Shown here one piece after another: positions 28,701 through 37,894 of a DNA stretch of 64,000 nt. Source of the stretch: Candidatus Aenigmatarchaeota archaeon (lineage in GTDB: Archaea > Aenigmatarchaeota > Aenigmatarchaeia > PWEA01 > JACQIF01); contig CP066684.1 of assembly GCA_016432325.1 (NCBI GenBank), forward strand, positions 352,001 through 416,000, in the 5' to 3' direction. Within the stretch, counting starts at the first letter, position 1, and the number at the start of each line of letters is the position of its first letter. The notes beneath the pieces were generated by a model. It ran no database searches. It saw nothing but the letters and a program-made list of their open reading frames with translations, and had not been told where the DNA came from. Made by a program: the position numbers and the translations under genes.

Positions 28701-29579
28701 TCAAGCCGTCAGCACCGCGAGCGTTATCGCGGCGGCGAGCGTGACGACGAGACCTATCTTCTGGTGATTGAGCAGACGCTCCTTGTTGACCAGCAAACCG
28801 AGCAGCGCAGCAAGCGCGATATAACTCTCGGACAGCGCGACAGATATTGCGATGGGTATGAGGCTTGTCGCGTAAGCGAACAGCACCCACGCGCCGTTGT
28901 CCAGAAGCGTGGAAGAGAGAACGAGCCTCGGATTGTGGCCGACGTCGCTTATCAGCTTCGCTATGCGACGTTTATCCGAGAATATGTAAGCTCCGCAGAG
29001 CATTGCGATAATGCCGTGCGCGAACCATATCGTCACGAGGGGGTCCGTGACGCGCGACGCAAGGCCGACGAGGAATGTTCCGATGCTCATGAAGAATGCG
29101 CCTGCAACGGCCAGCCACACGCCGCGTTCGAGCCACGCCTGCTTGGACAGGTGGTGCGCCTTGACAGCTACCATCACTATGCCTGCCAATATCAGGCCGC
29201 TCAAGCCGAGTTGCACAGGCGTAAGCGACTCTCTCAGTATGCTGAAAGCCAAGAGTATCGTAATCGGCACCTCAAGCGCCAGAACGGGCTCGACAACGGC
29301 TATCTTGCTCTTTTTCAAAGCCTCGAAATAGAAGATGCCTGCGAGGAACAGAGTCAAGCCGGCCCCGGACAGAACGGGCAGATCCGCGCTCTGGAAAGAG
29401 AAGAGCGAAGGTATTTCTTTGTAGATGAAGGGAAGCAGCGCGACCGTGCTGAATGCCGTGATGGCGAACAGCTCTTCCCAGTCGCCTATCCTGCGCGTCG
29501 TTCTCTGTATCAGGAAGTCTCCGAAACCCCAGAACAGCATCGCTCCGAAAGCCGCCAGCACTCCCAGTTCCAAAACCAT
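28701..29579 (-). CDS. EamA/DMT family transporter
   Basis: About 10 TM helices in two repeats. Confidence 0.85.
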   Translation of the reverse strand: MVLELGVLAAFGAMLFWGFGDFLIQRTTRRIGDWEELFAITAFSTVALLPFIYKEIPSLFSFQSADLPVLSGAGLTLFLAGIFYFEALKKSKIAVVEPVLALEVPITILLAFSILRESLTPVQLGLSGLILAGIVMVAVKAHHLSKQAWLERGVWLAVAGAFFMSIGTFLVGLASRVTDPLVTIWFAHGIIAMLCGAYIFSDKRRIAKLISDVGHNPRLVLSSTLLDNGAWVLFAYATSLIPIAISVALSESYIALAALLGLLVNKERLLNHQKIGLVVTLAAAITLAVLTA

Positions 29580-29629
29580 GCGCTGCGTACGTGTTAAGCC
29601 TTTTTATTCGTATCGTCCGCACGTGTTCC

Positions 29630-31303
29630 ATGGACCTCGATACCGAAATACTCATGCACGCGCTGCGCAACGCGCTCATGCACAAGGGCCGCGCGAACGA
29701 GGGCGCCGTGATATCAAAGATAATCGGCGCGCATCCGGAACTGCGCAAGGACGCCAAGCGTACGGGCGAACTCGTGAAGCGCGTGGTCGGGGAGGTAAAC
29801 TCATTGAGCGAACCGGCGCAGATGGAAGAGGCGTTGCGTCTTGGCGTCTCGCTTGAACATGAGGCGAAGCCCGAACGGGAAGGCTTGCCCGACCTTCCGA
29901 ACGCGCAGGAGGGCGCGGTCGTCACGCGCTTCGCCCCGAATCCCAGCGCACCCCTGCACCTCGGACACTCGCGCGCTCTCCTGCTGTCGGGACTCTACGC
30001 AAAGAAGTATAACGGACGCTTCATCCTGCGCTTCGACGACACGGATCCCCGCACGAAAACGCCAATGAAAGAAGCGTACGACTGGATTCTAGAGGACGTG
30101 CGCTGGTTCGGATTTGAGCCTGACGCAATCGTGCACGCCTCAGACCGGATGGATACTTACTACAAATACGCCGTGGAACTCCTGCGCAAGAGCCACGCCT
30201 ACGTCTGCGACTGCGACACGGAGAAATGGAAGGAGCTCACGCTCGCGAAGACGGCGTGCCCGTGCCGCGCGCGAGACGCAGGCGCCCAGCATGAACGCTG
30301 GCTGAAGATGATTAACGGCGGTTACAAAGAAGGAGAGGCTGTCGTGCGCATCAAAACCGACTTGAACCACGCTGACCCTGCGATGCGCGACTGGCCGGCC
30401 CTGAGAATAATCGACGTTCCGCACACGCGAACCGGAACTGAGTATAGGGTCTGGCCCCTCTACAACCTCGCGTCTGCGATAGACGACCATGAGTTCGGCG
30501 TCACGCACGTATTCCGCGGACAGGAGCACCAGGCCAACGCGGAAAAACAGGCCTATCTCTTCAAACACATGGGATGGAAAGAACCTGACGTAGCAACGTA
30601 CGGACGACTCTTCGTCAAGGGCATCGCGTTGTCAAAGAGCGAAATCGTCAAAGGCATGAAGGCCGGAACGTACAACGACTGGGAAGACCCGCGATTGGGG
30701 ACGCTGCGCGCGTTGCGGCGCCGCGGCTTCCAGCCGGAAACGCTCGTGCATTTGATAGAGCATGTCGGCATAAAACCGAACAACGCGACAATATCCATGG
30801 AGAATCTTGCGGCGGAGAACAAGAAGTTCGTCGATTTCCGCGCGAATAGATACTATTTCGTCGCGAGTCCTGTCGAGTTCACACTCTCCGGAAAGTTCAC
30901 GAAGAAAACCGCTGAAGTGGCTCTGCATCCGGAAGACGAGGCGCGTGGAGCGCGCACGCTGAACGTGAAGAGTAAGATTCTTCTCGACGAAAAAGACGTC
31001 GACGCGTATGGAGGCAAAGAGGTCCGTCTCAAGGGACTTTTCAACGTGAAGGTCGACGTGAAAAACAAGACATTGACTTATACGGGCGAAGCGCTGGAGC
31101 GCGAGACTCCGAAGATACACTGGCTGCCGGCCGAGGAAACGGTCGCGTGCACCATCGTTATGGACGATGCAAGCGTCCTCCAAGGCAAGGCCGAAAAAGG
31201 CGTAACGAACGAACTGATAGGCAACACCGTCCAGTTCGAGCGTTTCGGTTTTGTGCGCATCGACAACAAGGAGCCGTTCGCAGCGTACTTCAGCCACAAA
31301 TAG
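29630..31303 (+). CDS. gltX: Glutamate--tRNA ligase (archaeal type)
   Basis: TRFAPNP, HLGH, RFDDTD, LSKS, QFERFGF. Confidence 0.95.
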   Translation: MDLDTEILMHALRNALMHKGRANEGAVISKIIGAHPELRKDAKRTGELVKRVVGEVNSLSEPAQMEEALRLGVSLEHEAKPEREGLPDLPNAQEGAVVTRFAPNPSAPLHLGHSRALLLSGLYAKKYNGRFILRFDDTDPRTKTPMKEAYDWILEDVRWFGFEPDAIVHASDRMDTYYKYAVELLRKSHAYVCDCDTEKWKELTLAKTACPCRARDAGAQHERWLKMINGGYKEGEAVVRIKTDLNHADPAMRDWPALRIIDVPHTRTGTEYRVWPLYNLASAIDDHEFGVTHVFRGQEHQANAEKQAYLFKHMGWKEPDVATYGRLFVKGIALSKSEIVKGMKAGTYNDWEDPRLGTLRALRRRGFQPETLVHLIEHVGIKPNNATISMENLAAENKKFVDFRANRYYFVASPVEFTLSGKFTKKTAEVALHPEDEARGARTLNVKSKILLDEKDVDAYGGKEVRLKGLFNVKVDVKNKTLTYTGEALERETPKIHWLPAEETVACTIVMDDASVLQGKAEKGVTNELIGNTVQFERFGFVRIDNKEPFAAYFSHK

Positions 31304-31336
31304 CCGTTTATAAAGCAGCTCTCACAGGAGATTTTC

Positions 31337-31900
31337 ATGGTAGGACGCATGTGGTGGAAGGTAAAGGCCTCTCTGATGGAACCTTCAAAGATGTTCAATA
31401 CGGTCTCCAAGGAAAGGGGCCTCGGCGAGCCCGTGAAATATCTGGCTGTCGTGTCTCTGGTCTCTTCGTTTCTCGCATCCGTGCTCGCCTTTCCCGGCGA
31501 CGTCGCGATGATATCATTGGTCTTCGCGGCGTTCTACGCGATGACCGTCGCGGGTTCGTTTTTTGTCGCGCTACTGACGCACGCGTGCTCGATGCTCCTC
31601 GGAGGCAAGGGAACGTACGAAGCCACGTACAAAGCCACGGCCTACGCATATACGCCGAGCGCGCTGTTCGGGTGGATACCCGTCGCCGGTTTCCTTGCCC
31701 ACGCGTACGGTTTGTACGTGTATGCCAAAGGGATATCGCGCCTTCACAAGGTCACGATGGGAAAGGCTGTTGCGATAGTCGTAGTTCCCCTGGTTCTGGT
31801 ATACATAGTATTCGTCGTGTTCCTCGCCGTTCTCCTCCTGGCTTACGCGCCTTACCTCAATGCCGGCGGGCTCCAGCCCGGATTCACCGGCTTGGTGTAG
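31337..31900 (+). CDS. YIP1 family membrane protein
   Basis: EPSKMF, LGGKGTY..T...AY..TP, GI. Confidence 0.8.
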   Translation: MVGRMWWKVKASLMEPSKMFNTVSKERGLGEPVKYLAVVSLVSSFLASVLAFPGDVAMISLVFAAFYAMTVAGSFFVALLTHACSMLLGGKGTYEATYKATAYAYTPSALFGWIPVAGFLAHAYGLYVYAKGISRLHKVTMGKAVAIVVVPLVLVYIVFVVFLAVLLLAYAPYLNAGGLQPGFTGLV

Positions 31901-32231
31901 GCGACTGCTGTTCTGTCATGTAAGACCACACAGGCGGCTGTTCGCTTTTCCTCTTCTCCAGAATTGACATGATCCCCGAGACGAGCGTTATGAGACCAAC
32001 CAAAGCTATGACGATTCCTGCGGCGCGTATCGTTCCTGCCGACCCCTGTATGCCTTGCAGTATCGGAACAACTTCTGGCGCGAACTCGGTCGCTCGCGGT
32101 ATTGCGACAGGAGCCTGCGTCTCGACGGCGCCTGCGACGCTGAAAAGTCCGACTCCGATGACAATCAGGAGAATCCCTATCAGAACAAGCGCCACATATC
32201 GAAGCAGTTCCGCGTCGAACTTGAGGGGCAT
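31884..32231 (-). CDS. Hypothetical two-TM protein
   Basis: Two hydrophobic segments. Confidence 0.65.
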   Translation of the reverse strand: MPLKFDAELLRYVALVLIGILLIVIGVGLFSVAGAVETQAPVAIPRATEFAPEVVPILQGIQGSAGTIRAAGIVIALVGLITLVSGIMSILEKRKSEQPPVWSYMTEQQSPTPSR

Positions 32232-32337
32232 GGATATACGTGCCCGTTGTTGCCTTTAAAGCTTCTGCTTTAGGCTTCCCTCCGCGGTCGCAAAGCCTTT
32301 AAATACCTTACCTTCGTTCCTAGACTACCAATGAACA

Positions 32338-32425
32338 ATGATGTGCGTCTTAACGCGCTGAAGGAGGCGTTTGAAACTGCGGTTTCGCGCCTCCCGGTTC
32401 GTATTAACGCACTGAAGGAGGTGTT
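32338..32425 (+). promoter_or_regulatory. rpl7ae leader: kink-turn-like motif, duplicated RBS and anti-RBS hairpin
   Basis: ATGATGT-GCGT-ctta-ACGC-G-CTGA; 26-nt direct repeat 32346-32371 / 32400-32425. Confidence 0.6.
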
Positions 32426-32428
32426 CGT

Positions 32429-32842
32429 ATGGCTGAAGATTTGAGTAAGATTTCCGAACAGAATGTTCGGAATACTTCGAAAGAGGACCTTTCGAAGAAA
32501 GCGCTTGAAGCGGTCGAACTTGCAAGGAGCACCGGTTCCCTCAGAAGGGGAACGAATGAAGTTACAAAGGCGGTAGAACGCGGACAAGCAGAACTGGTCG
32601 TTATAGCAAAAGACACGGATCCGCCTGAAGTGGTCATGCACTTGCCGCCGCTCTGCGAGGAGAAGAACATTCCGTACGTTCACGTGCCTAACAAGGAAGA
32701 GCTCGGACGCGCTTCTGGGATAGAAGTCAAGTGCGCCGCTATCGCAATAGCCAAGGCAGGCGAAGCGAAGAAACTGATAGACGAAATAAGAAAGGCGAAT
32801 GGCATGGAGAGCAAATCGCCTAAGGAAAAAAAGAAAGAGTAA
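32429..32842 (+). CDS. rpl7ae: Ribosomal protein L7Ae (eL8), with 16-aa N-terminal insertion
   Basis: [36 protein letters not shown]. Confidence 0.95.
   Translation: MAEDLSKISEQNVRNTSKEDLSKKALEAVELARSTGSLRRGTNEVTKAVERGQAELVVIAKDTDPPEVVMHLPPLCEEKNIPYVHVPNKEELGRASGIEVKCAAIAIAKAGEAKKLIDEIRKANGMESKSPKEKKKE
32451..32498. repeat. Double-hairpin palindromic element inserted in frame in rpl7ae (copy 2)
   Basis: 48 nt, bounded by AAGA repeats; homologous to 41928-41978. Confidence 0.75.
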
Positions 32843-32852
32843 GGTGATTTGA

Positions 32853-33056
32853 ATCCCAGTCGATGCCGTTCCGGCCGAAGTCGTTCAGTTGCTCGGACGC
32901 AGCGGCGTCAAGGGAGTCTTCAAGGTTCGGGCGAAGGTATTGGAAGGACCGGACAAGGGAAAGATTCTCCTGCGCAACGTCATGGGCCCCATACGCAAGG
33001 GCGACATACTGATGCTTCGCGAGACTGAGATGGAGAGCGCCGGCGGGTTCGGTTAA
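32853..33056 (+). CDS. rps28e: 30S ribosomal protein S28e (probable ATC start)
   Basis: Manual translation [17 protein letters not shown]...[32 protein letters not shown]; rpl7ae-rps28e-rpl24e order. Confidence 0.92.
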   Translation: MPVDAVPAEVVQLLGRSGVKGVFKVRAKVLEGPDKGKILLRNVMGPIRKGDILMLRETEMESAGGFG

Positions 33057-33065
33057 GGCGATTTT

Positions 33066-33248
33066 ATGGACTGCACATTCTGCGGCGAAACAATGCAACG
33101 GGGAAAGGGAAAGATTGTCGTCAAGAAGACCGGCGAAACGTCCGCATACTGCTCTTCAAAATGCGAGCACAACGCGCTTCTGGGCCGCAGCGCAAGAAAG
33201 ATTCAGTGGACGCGCGTGTCGCGCGTCGCCAGAGGCAAGGAGAAGTAA
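33066..33248 (+). CDS. rpl24e: 50S ribosomal protein L24e
   Basis: CTFCG...GKG...YCSSKC...R..RKIQWT. Confidence 0.95.
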   Translation: MDCTFCGETMQRGKGKIVVKKTGETSAYCSSKCEHNALLGRSARKIQWTRVSRVARGKEK

Positions 33249-34751
33249 TCAAGACACTCTTCTGACCAACGGCGTTGGAATGCGCTGCGGGACTTCGAGC
33301 GTTAGCGCACCAGACGCATCCGTCTTCTCGATGAATTTGTGTGTTCGCCTGCCCATGTCATCGATTCCTGTCAGCATCCATTCATTTTCCGGTTCAACTA
33401 TGGGATCCATCGGTTGGTCCGAGTGTCTGTGGAGCAGCGAGTACTCGTCCATCGTCAGCATGCGAACGCGGTCGTCTTCGATGCTCATTCTCCACGCCAC
33501 GTTTCTCCATCCCGGCGCGACCTTGCCGATGGTCACTATCGCCTCGGCCCCGCTGCCGTAGAATCCCAGTCCCACGTATTTGCCTTCTAGGCGCTCTCCG
33601 TGAATCGCGGCTTGCTTGAACATGGAAGCGAGGGCGATGGGCTGAGACGCCGTATAAGCGTTTCCTGTGGACCGCGACCATACGACCGAGTCCTCAAAAA
33701 CGCTGTCCATGTAGTTCCTGAACGGCTTGACCTGCCTGAGCTTCTTCATATGATCGCTCATCGCCTTGTCAAAAGCCTTCACAGAAGAGAACGACTCCAA
33801 AAGCGGTTCCTTCCCTATTTCCGCTTCTATCTCTTCGCCTTCGGCCGTGCCGCGGATGTCGTGGAGGAACCATCTCGCCATTCCCTTGCGTCCCATGTCA
33901 GGGAACGGTATGTGCAGAGCCGCCTTTCTCATTACGTCTTTCATCGGTTGGTTTTTGCCGACAATTCCCTTCCTTCTCGCAATTGTGCGCGCGGCGTCAG
34001 CGGCGTCGCGCATTGTATCCTGATAAACGTCTATTGACAACTGGCTGTCGACGAGAGGCATCTCCGCGTGGGATTCGAAACTCGTCGCGCCTCCCGGACT
34101 CCTGACGGCCATCTTGGTGGGCTTCCAGAAATCGTATGCGTCCCTCGAACTGTAGCCGCGCACTTCCGGGTCGAGCACGAGCAGTCTCGGATCTTGCTTT
34201 ATCCGTATGGCGACTCCGCCGAACCCGCCTGTTATCTCTCCTGCGCTGCCGAGAGGATATTTGCCATGGTCGACGGCCACTACGATGGCCTCTCTCCCGC
34301 TGACTCCCGGAGACGGATCCGCGAGTATCCAGTCCGCGCAGTCCAGAATGGCCGCGCCTGCGGCGTTGCACGCGAACTTGTACTCCATGGTATGCCAATG
34401 GTTCGTCCTGCTGGAACCAAGGTTCTGTCCAAGCATTCCCTTTACGTCTGTGGTGAACGGTTTGGCGTTATCGTAAGAACTCTCGGTGGCGCCGTACAGC
34501 CTGCCGATTTGCTCGGGCTGTATGTCGTTCTGAGCCATCAGCCGATAGACCGCTGTCGCGCCCACCGTCGCGATCGTTTGGCCTCCATCGGGAACTGCCG
34601 CATGCTGCACTCCGAGATGACGCAATTTCCCTTCGAACTCTTCGGCAGAAAGCTTTCCGCGTCTCGCCTCGATAAACTCCTCGCCCAAAAGGTCCAAACG
34701 CGTGGCTGGTACGTAGACGTAGATATCGTCGATACCGACAGACCTTGACAA
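33249..34751 (-). CDS. mvaS: HMG-CoA synthase (bacterial/haloarchaeal MvaS type)
   Basis: VGIDD, ATES..DNAKP, KFAC (catalytic Cys), HIPF, GNAYTAS, YGSG; TTG start after a purine-rich RBS. Confidence 0.85.
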   Translation of the reverse strand: MSRSVGIDDIYVYVPATRLDLLGEEFIEARRGKLSAEEFEGKLRHLGVQHAAVPDGGQTIATVGATAVYRLMAQNDIQPEQIGRLYGATESSYDNAKPFTTDVKGMLGQNLGSSRTNHWHTMEYKFACNAAGAAILDCADWILADPSPGVSGREAIVVAVDHGKYPLGSAGEITGGFGGVAIRIKQDPRLLVLDPEVRGYSSRDAYDFWKPTKMAVRSPGGATSFESHAEMPLVDSQLSIDVYQDTMRDAADAARTIARRKGIVGKNQPMKDVMRKAALHIPFPDMGRKGMARWFLHDIRGTAEGEEIEAEIGKEPLLESFSSVKAFDKAMSDHMKKLRQVKPFRNYMDSVFEDSVVWSRSTGNAYTASQPIALASMFKQAAIHGERLEGKYVGLGFYGSGAEAIVTIGKVAPGWRNVAWRMSIEDDRVRMLTMDEYSLLHRHSDQPMDPIVEPENEWMLTGIDDMGRRTHKFIEKTDASGALTLEVPQRIPTPLVRRVS

Positions 34752-34946
34752 GCAGCTCCCTCGAAAGGACTCCCGATTAGGCGTGAACGCGATATATACG
34801 CGGCTTCGGCCATTGACGAACGCGACGTCGCTTGGTGCTAGAGGGCCGTATAGCCGTCCGTTGGGCACGAAAACGGGCCCATAGGACCTTTCTTGAACAC
34901 GATGCGTTTTTAAGCATGCGCTCCCACCAAGAAATCGGGTATCCTT

Positions 34947-36671
34947 ATGCCAATCCGCCAACCCATCGTATCAGTACTTGGCCACGTCGACCATGGAAAG
35001 ACAAGCCTGCTGGACCGCATTCGCACATCGTCCGTTGCAGCGAAGGAAGCCGGCGGCATCACGCAGCACATCGGCGCCACTGAGGTGCCGCTCTCCACGA
35101 TAAAAGAGATTTGCGCGTCGCTGCTCAGGGAACAGCAGATTAAGATTCCGGGCCTCTTGTTCATCGACACGCCGGGACACGAAGCGTTCACGACGCTGCG
35201 TCGCCGGGGCGGTTCCATCGCCGATCTGGCCGTTCTGGTCGTCGACGTAACAGAAGGCTTCCAGCCGCAGACCATCGAATCGCTGACGTTCCTGCGCGAG
35301 TTCCGCGTGCCGTTCATCGTAGCCGCAAACAAGATAGACAAAGTCCGGGGTTGGGTTCGCCACGCAGGCACGTTCGCGGATTCATACAAGAAACAGAACA
35401 AGGAGACGCGCGAACTGCTCGACAACAAGATATACGAGCTGATGGGGCAGCTGAGCGAGCACGGCTTCGTGGCCGACCGCTACGACCGCATCTCGGACTT
35501 CAGGTCAACCGTCATTATCGTGCCTGTATGCGCGGCGAATGGCGAAGGCGTCCCGGAATTGATGGCGATGCTTATCGGTCTCGCGCAGCAATTTTTGACG
35601 CAAAAGCTCGAAATAAAGGGCGACATAGGCGCCGGTTCTGTCTTGGAGATAAAGGAGGTCAAAGGCCTCGGAACGACGATAGATGTGATACTTTATGACG
35701 GCGTCGCGCGCAAGGGCGACTTCCTGGTCATTGGAGGAGAGACGCCGATAGTGACGACGGTCAAAGGCATATTCAAACCGCGGCCGCTCGCCGAGATGCG
35801 CGTTGAGAGGCAGTTTGCTCCAGTCGATGAAATCATCGCGGCGGCCGGCAGCAAAATGGTCGCGCCGAATCTTGAGGGAGTCATACCGGGCTCGCCCATA
35901 CGCGTCGTTCCGCACAAGAGCGACGTGGATGCGGCTGTGCGCGAACTCAAGCGTGAGGTCGAAACGGTGACGTTCGAGAGCAGCAACGACGGCGTGCTCG
36001 TCAAGGCGGACACTCTCGGCGCTCTTGAAGCGATGATAAAGATTATCACATCCAAGGGAATTGCGATAAGGAAGGCCCGTATAGGCCCCGTATCGCGCAC
36101 GGATGTGATGGAGCAGCGCGGCGTGGCCGAACCGTACAACGTGGTAATCTTCGCGTTCAACGTTCCTGTCGCGCCGGAAGCCGAGGCGCTCAGGGAGAGC
36201 GTCCATATCTTCGCCGGCAACGTGATTTACAGGCTCATCGAGGACTACGTCGCGTGGACGCACACCAGAAAGGAGGAGCTCAAGCTTGCGCGCCTTGAAG
36301 GAGTGGTGCGCCCAGGGAAGATAAGGCTCCTGCCCGGGATGGTCTTCCACGCGGCCAAACCCGCCATAGTCGGCGTTGAAGTTCTCGGGGGTCTGATAAA
36401 ACCGGGATACTCATTAGTGAAGGAAGGACGCATCGTGGGCCGTTTGTTGCAGGTGCAACACGAAGGCGCGAACGTTCAGGAGGCAAAGACCGGCGACCGT
36501 GTCGCCGTATCGATAGAGGGAGCCACCGTAGGCCGCGGTTTGGAAGAACGCGACGTTCTATACACTCTGCAGAGCAAGGAGAACGTCAAGAAGCTCGAAG
36601 AGCTTAAAGACCTGCTCACGCGCGACGAGATTGACGTGCTGGAAGAGATAAAGGGGCTCATGGGCGGCTAG
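34947..36671 (+). CDS. infB: Translation initiation factor aIF5B (IF-2)
   Basis: GHVDHGKT, GGITQHIGA, DTPGHE, NKID. Confidence 0.96.
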   Translation: MPIRQPIVSVLGHVDHGKTSLLDRIRTSSVAAKEAGGITQHIGATEVPLSTIKEICASLLREQQIKIPGLLFIDTPGHEAFTTLRRRGGSIADLAVLVVDVTEGFQPQTIESLTFLREFRVPFIVAANKIDKVRGWVRHAGTFADSYKKQNKETRELLDNKIYELMGQLSEHGFVADRYDRISDFRSTVIIVPVCAANGEGVPELMAMLIGLAQQFLTQKLEIKGDIGAGSVLEIKEVKGLGTTIDVILYDGVARKGDFLVIGGETPIVTTVKGIFKPRPLAEMRVERQFAPVDEIIAAAGSKMVAPNLEGVIPGSPIRVVPHKSDVDAAVRELKREVETVTFESSNDGVLVKADTLGALEAMIKIITSKGIAIRKARIGPVSRTDVMEQRGVAEPYNVVIFAFNVPVAPEAEALRESVHIFAGNVIYRLIEDYVAWTHTRKEELKLARLEGVVRPGKIRLLPGMVFHAAKPAIVGVEVLGGLIKPGYSLVKEGRIVGRLLQVQHEGANVQEAKTGDRVAVSIEGATVGRGLEERDVLYTLQSKENVKKLEELKDLLTRDEIDVLEEIKGLMGG

Positions 36672-36782
36672 GCTGTCCGGGACTCGGCCGCGAAGCCTAT
36701 AAATCATTTCGTTCTCCATTCAGTGCATGGACGCCGGGAAACCATTGGTTTCAATCGTCCATTGAGTAGACGGTGAAGTTCA

Positions 36783-37391
36783 ATGGACGTACTTGACGCT
36801 ATCCAGAAAAGGCGCTCTGTCACGGAGTTCCAGGAAAAGAAGGTGGAAATGGAGAAGGTAGGAGTCCTTCTGGAAGCGATACGATGGGCTCCTTCTGCCG
36901 GCAACAGGCAGCCATGGGAAGTCGTCGTTATCGATGACCGGAAAACCATAGAGGATCTCGCGGATATCGCCCACAACCAACATTGGTTAAAGAAGGCGCC
37001 TCTGGTCATGGTGGTCTGCATCAACCACAAGCTGGCCGAAGGGACCTTCGGTGTCCGCGGAAAGAACCTTTACGCCATCCAGGCCACGGCCACGGCCGCC
37101 GAGAATGCGATGCTCACGGCGACCGAACTGGGACTGGGAACGTGCTGGATTGACGTCTACGATGAAGAGAAGGCGTCACGGCTTCTGGCCTGTCCCAAGC
37201 ACACTGTGCCTGTGATTGCGTTGGCCGTCGGATATCCGCTGGCTGTCCCAAAGCCTCCTCCCCGCTATGAGATAGCGTCCTTCTCCTACTACAACGGCCA
37301 CGGCAAGCTGCTCGAGTTCGAGTGGAAGGGCATTGCAGAGCACCTGAAAGAGTTCAAGGAGAGATTGCTGAAGAGCCTTGAGAAGTACTGA
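36783..37391 (+). CDS. Nitroreductase family protein
   Basis: KRRSV, APSAGNRQPW, GLGTCW, VGYP. Confidence 0.9.
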   Translation: MDVLDAIQKRRSVTEFQEKKVEMEKVGVLLEAIRWAPSAGNRQPWEVVVIDDRKTIEDLADIAHNQHWLKKAPLVMVVCINHKLAEGTFGVRGKNLYAIQATATAAENAMLTATELGLGTCWIDVYDEEKASRLLACPKHTVPVIALAVGYPLAVPKPPPRYEIASFSYYNGHGKLLEFEWKGIAEHLKEFKERLLKSLEKY

Positions 37392-37415
37392 AGACGGAAC
37401 CGACGTCTGCTAAAA

Positions 37416-37505
37416 TCAGATGAAGACTGCTATAAGCATAACCATTATCCCGGCCAAGACCAAGAGCCTCTGGTTCTGCCTGGCGTACCAACCCATACTG
37501 TTCAT
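37416..37505 (-). CDS. Small single-TM protein (29 aa)
   Basis: Manual ORF MNSMGWYARQNQRLLVLAGIMVMLIAVFI; TTAAATA about 30 nt upstream. Confidence 0.4.
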   Translation of the reverse strand: MNSMGWYARQNQRLLVLAGIMVMLIAVFI

Positions 37506-37603
37506 AGGTCTCGCACTAGTTTAGTAAATGATAGTTATTTAAGCGCGTTGTGTCTGCTCCACAACGAATTGATAAGCCATTCTCTCGTGAACGCAGAATA
37601 GTA

Positions 37604-37751
37604 GGAAGGGCGTTCCATACTTACCTGCCTTGGGGTAGGTTGGGTAAATGATGGAAGGGGTTCTTCCATACTTACCTGCCTCGAATTAGGTTGGGTAAGT
37701 GATGGAAGGGCGGGGTGTGGGGTGGTAGAATAGGATCGATCCGCCCTTCCA
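37604..37751 (+). ncRNA. Candidate structured RNA: two tandem 51-nt hairpin repeats plus a third stem
   Basis: TTCCATACTTACCTGCCT...AGGTTGGGTAARTGATGGAA x2; G-U pairs only on + strand. Confidence 0.4.
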
Positions 37752-37828
37752 GTGTGGGGGTGTGTCATTGAATGACAATGATGATGCGGTTTGTTCATTT
37801 TTCCGCATACACTGGACACACTTGATTC

Positions 37829-37878
37829 ATCCCGTGCAAAATAACGGGATAGGAGCGTACAACATTCTGTACGCCCCT
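37829..37878 (-). terminator. Two hairpins downstream of ftsZ
   Basis: ATCCCGT/ACGGGAT and AGGAGCGTACA/TGTACGCCCCT. Confidence 0.35.
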
Positions 37879-37894
37879 CGTTGAAACAATGGGT

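Noticed and set aside
32844-32852. TGA read-through or recoding at GTG ATT TGA before rps28e
   Set aside because: TGA is a normal stop for many genes here, and the GTG is part of the RBS.
34752-34961. 70-aa N-terminal extension of HMG-CoA synthase
   Set aside because: Spans the divergent promoter region and overlaps infB; homology begins at SVGIDD.
37604-37710. CRISPR array
   Set aside because: Only two units, 6-7 nt variable parts, no spacers and no cas genes.
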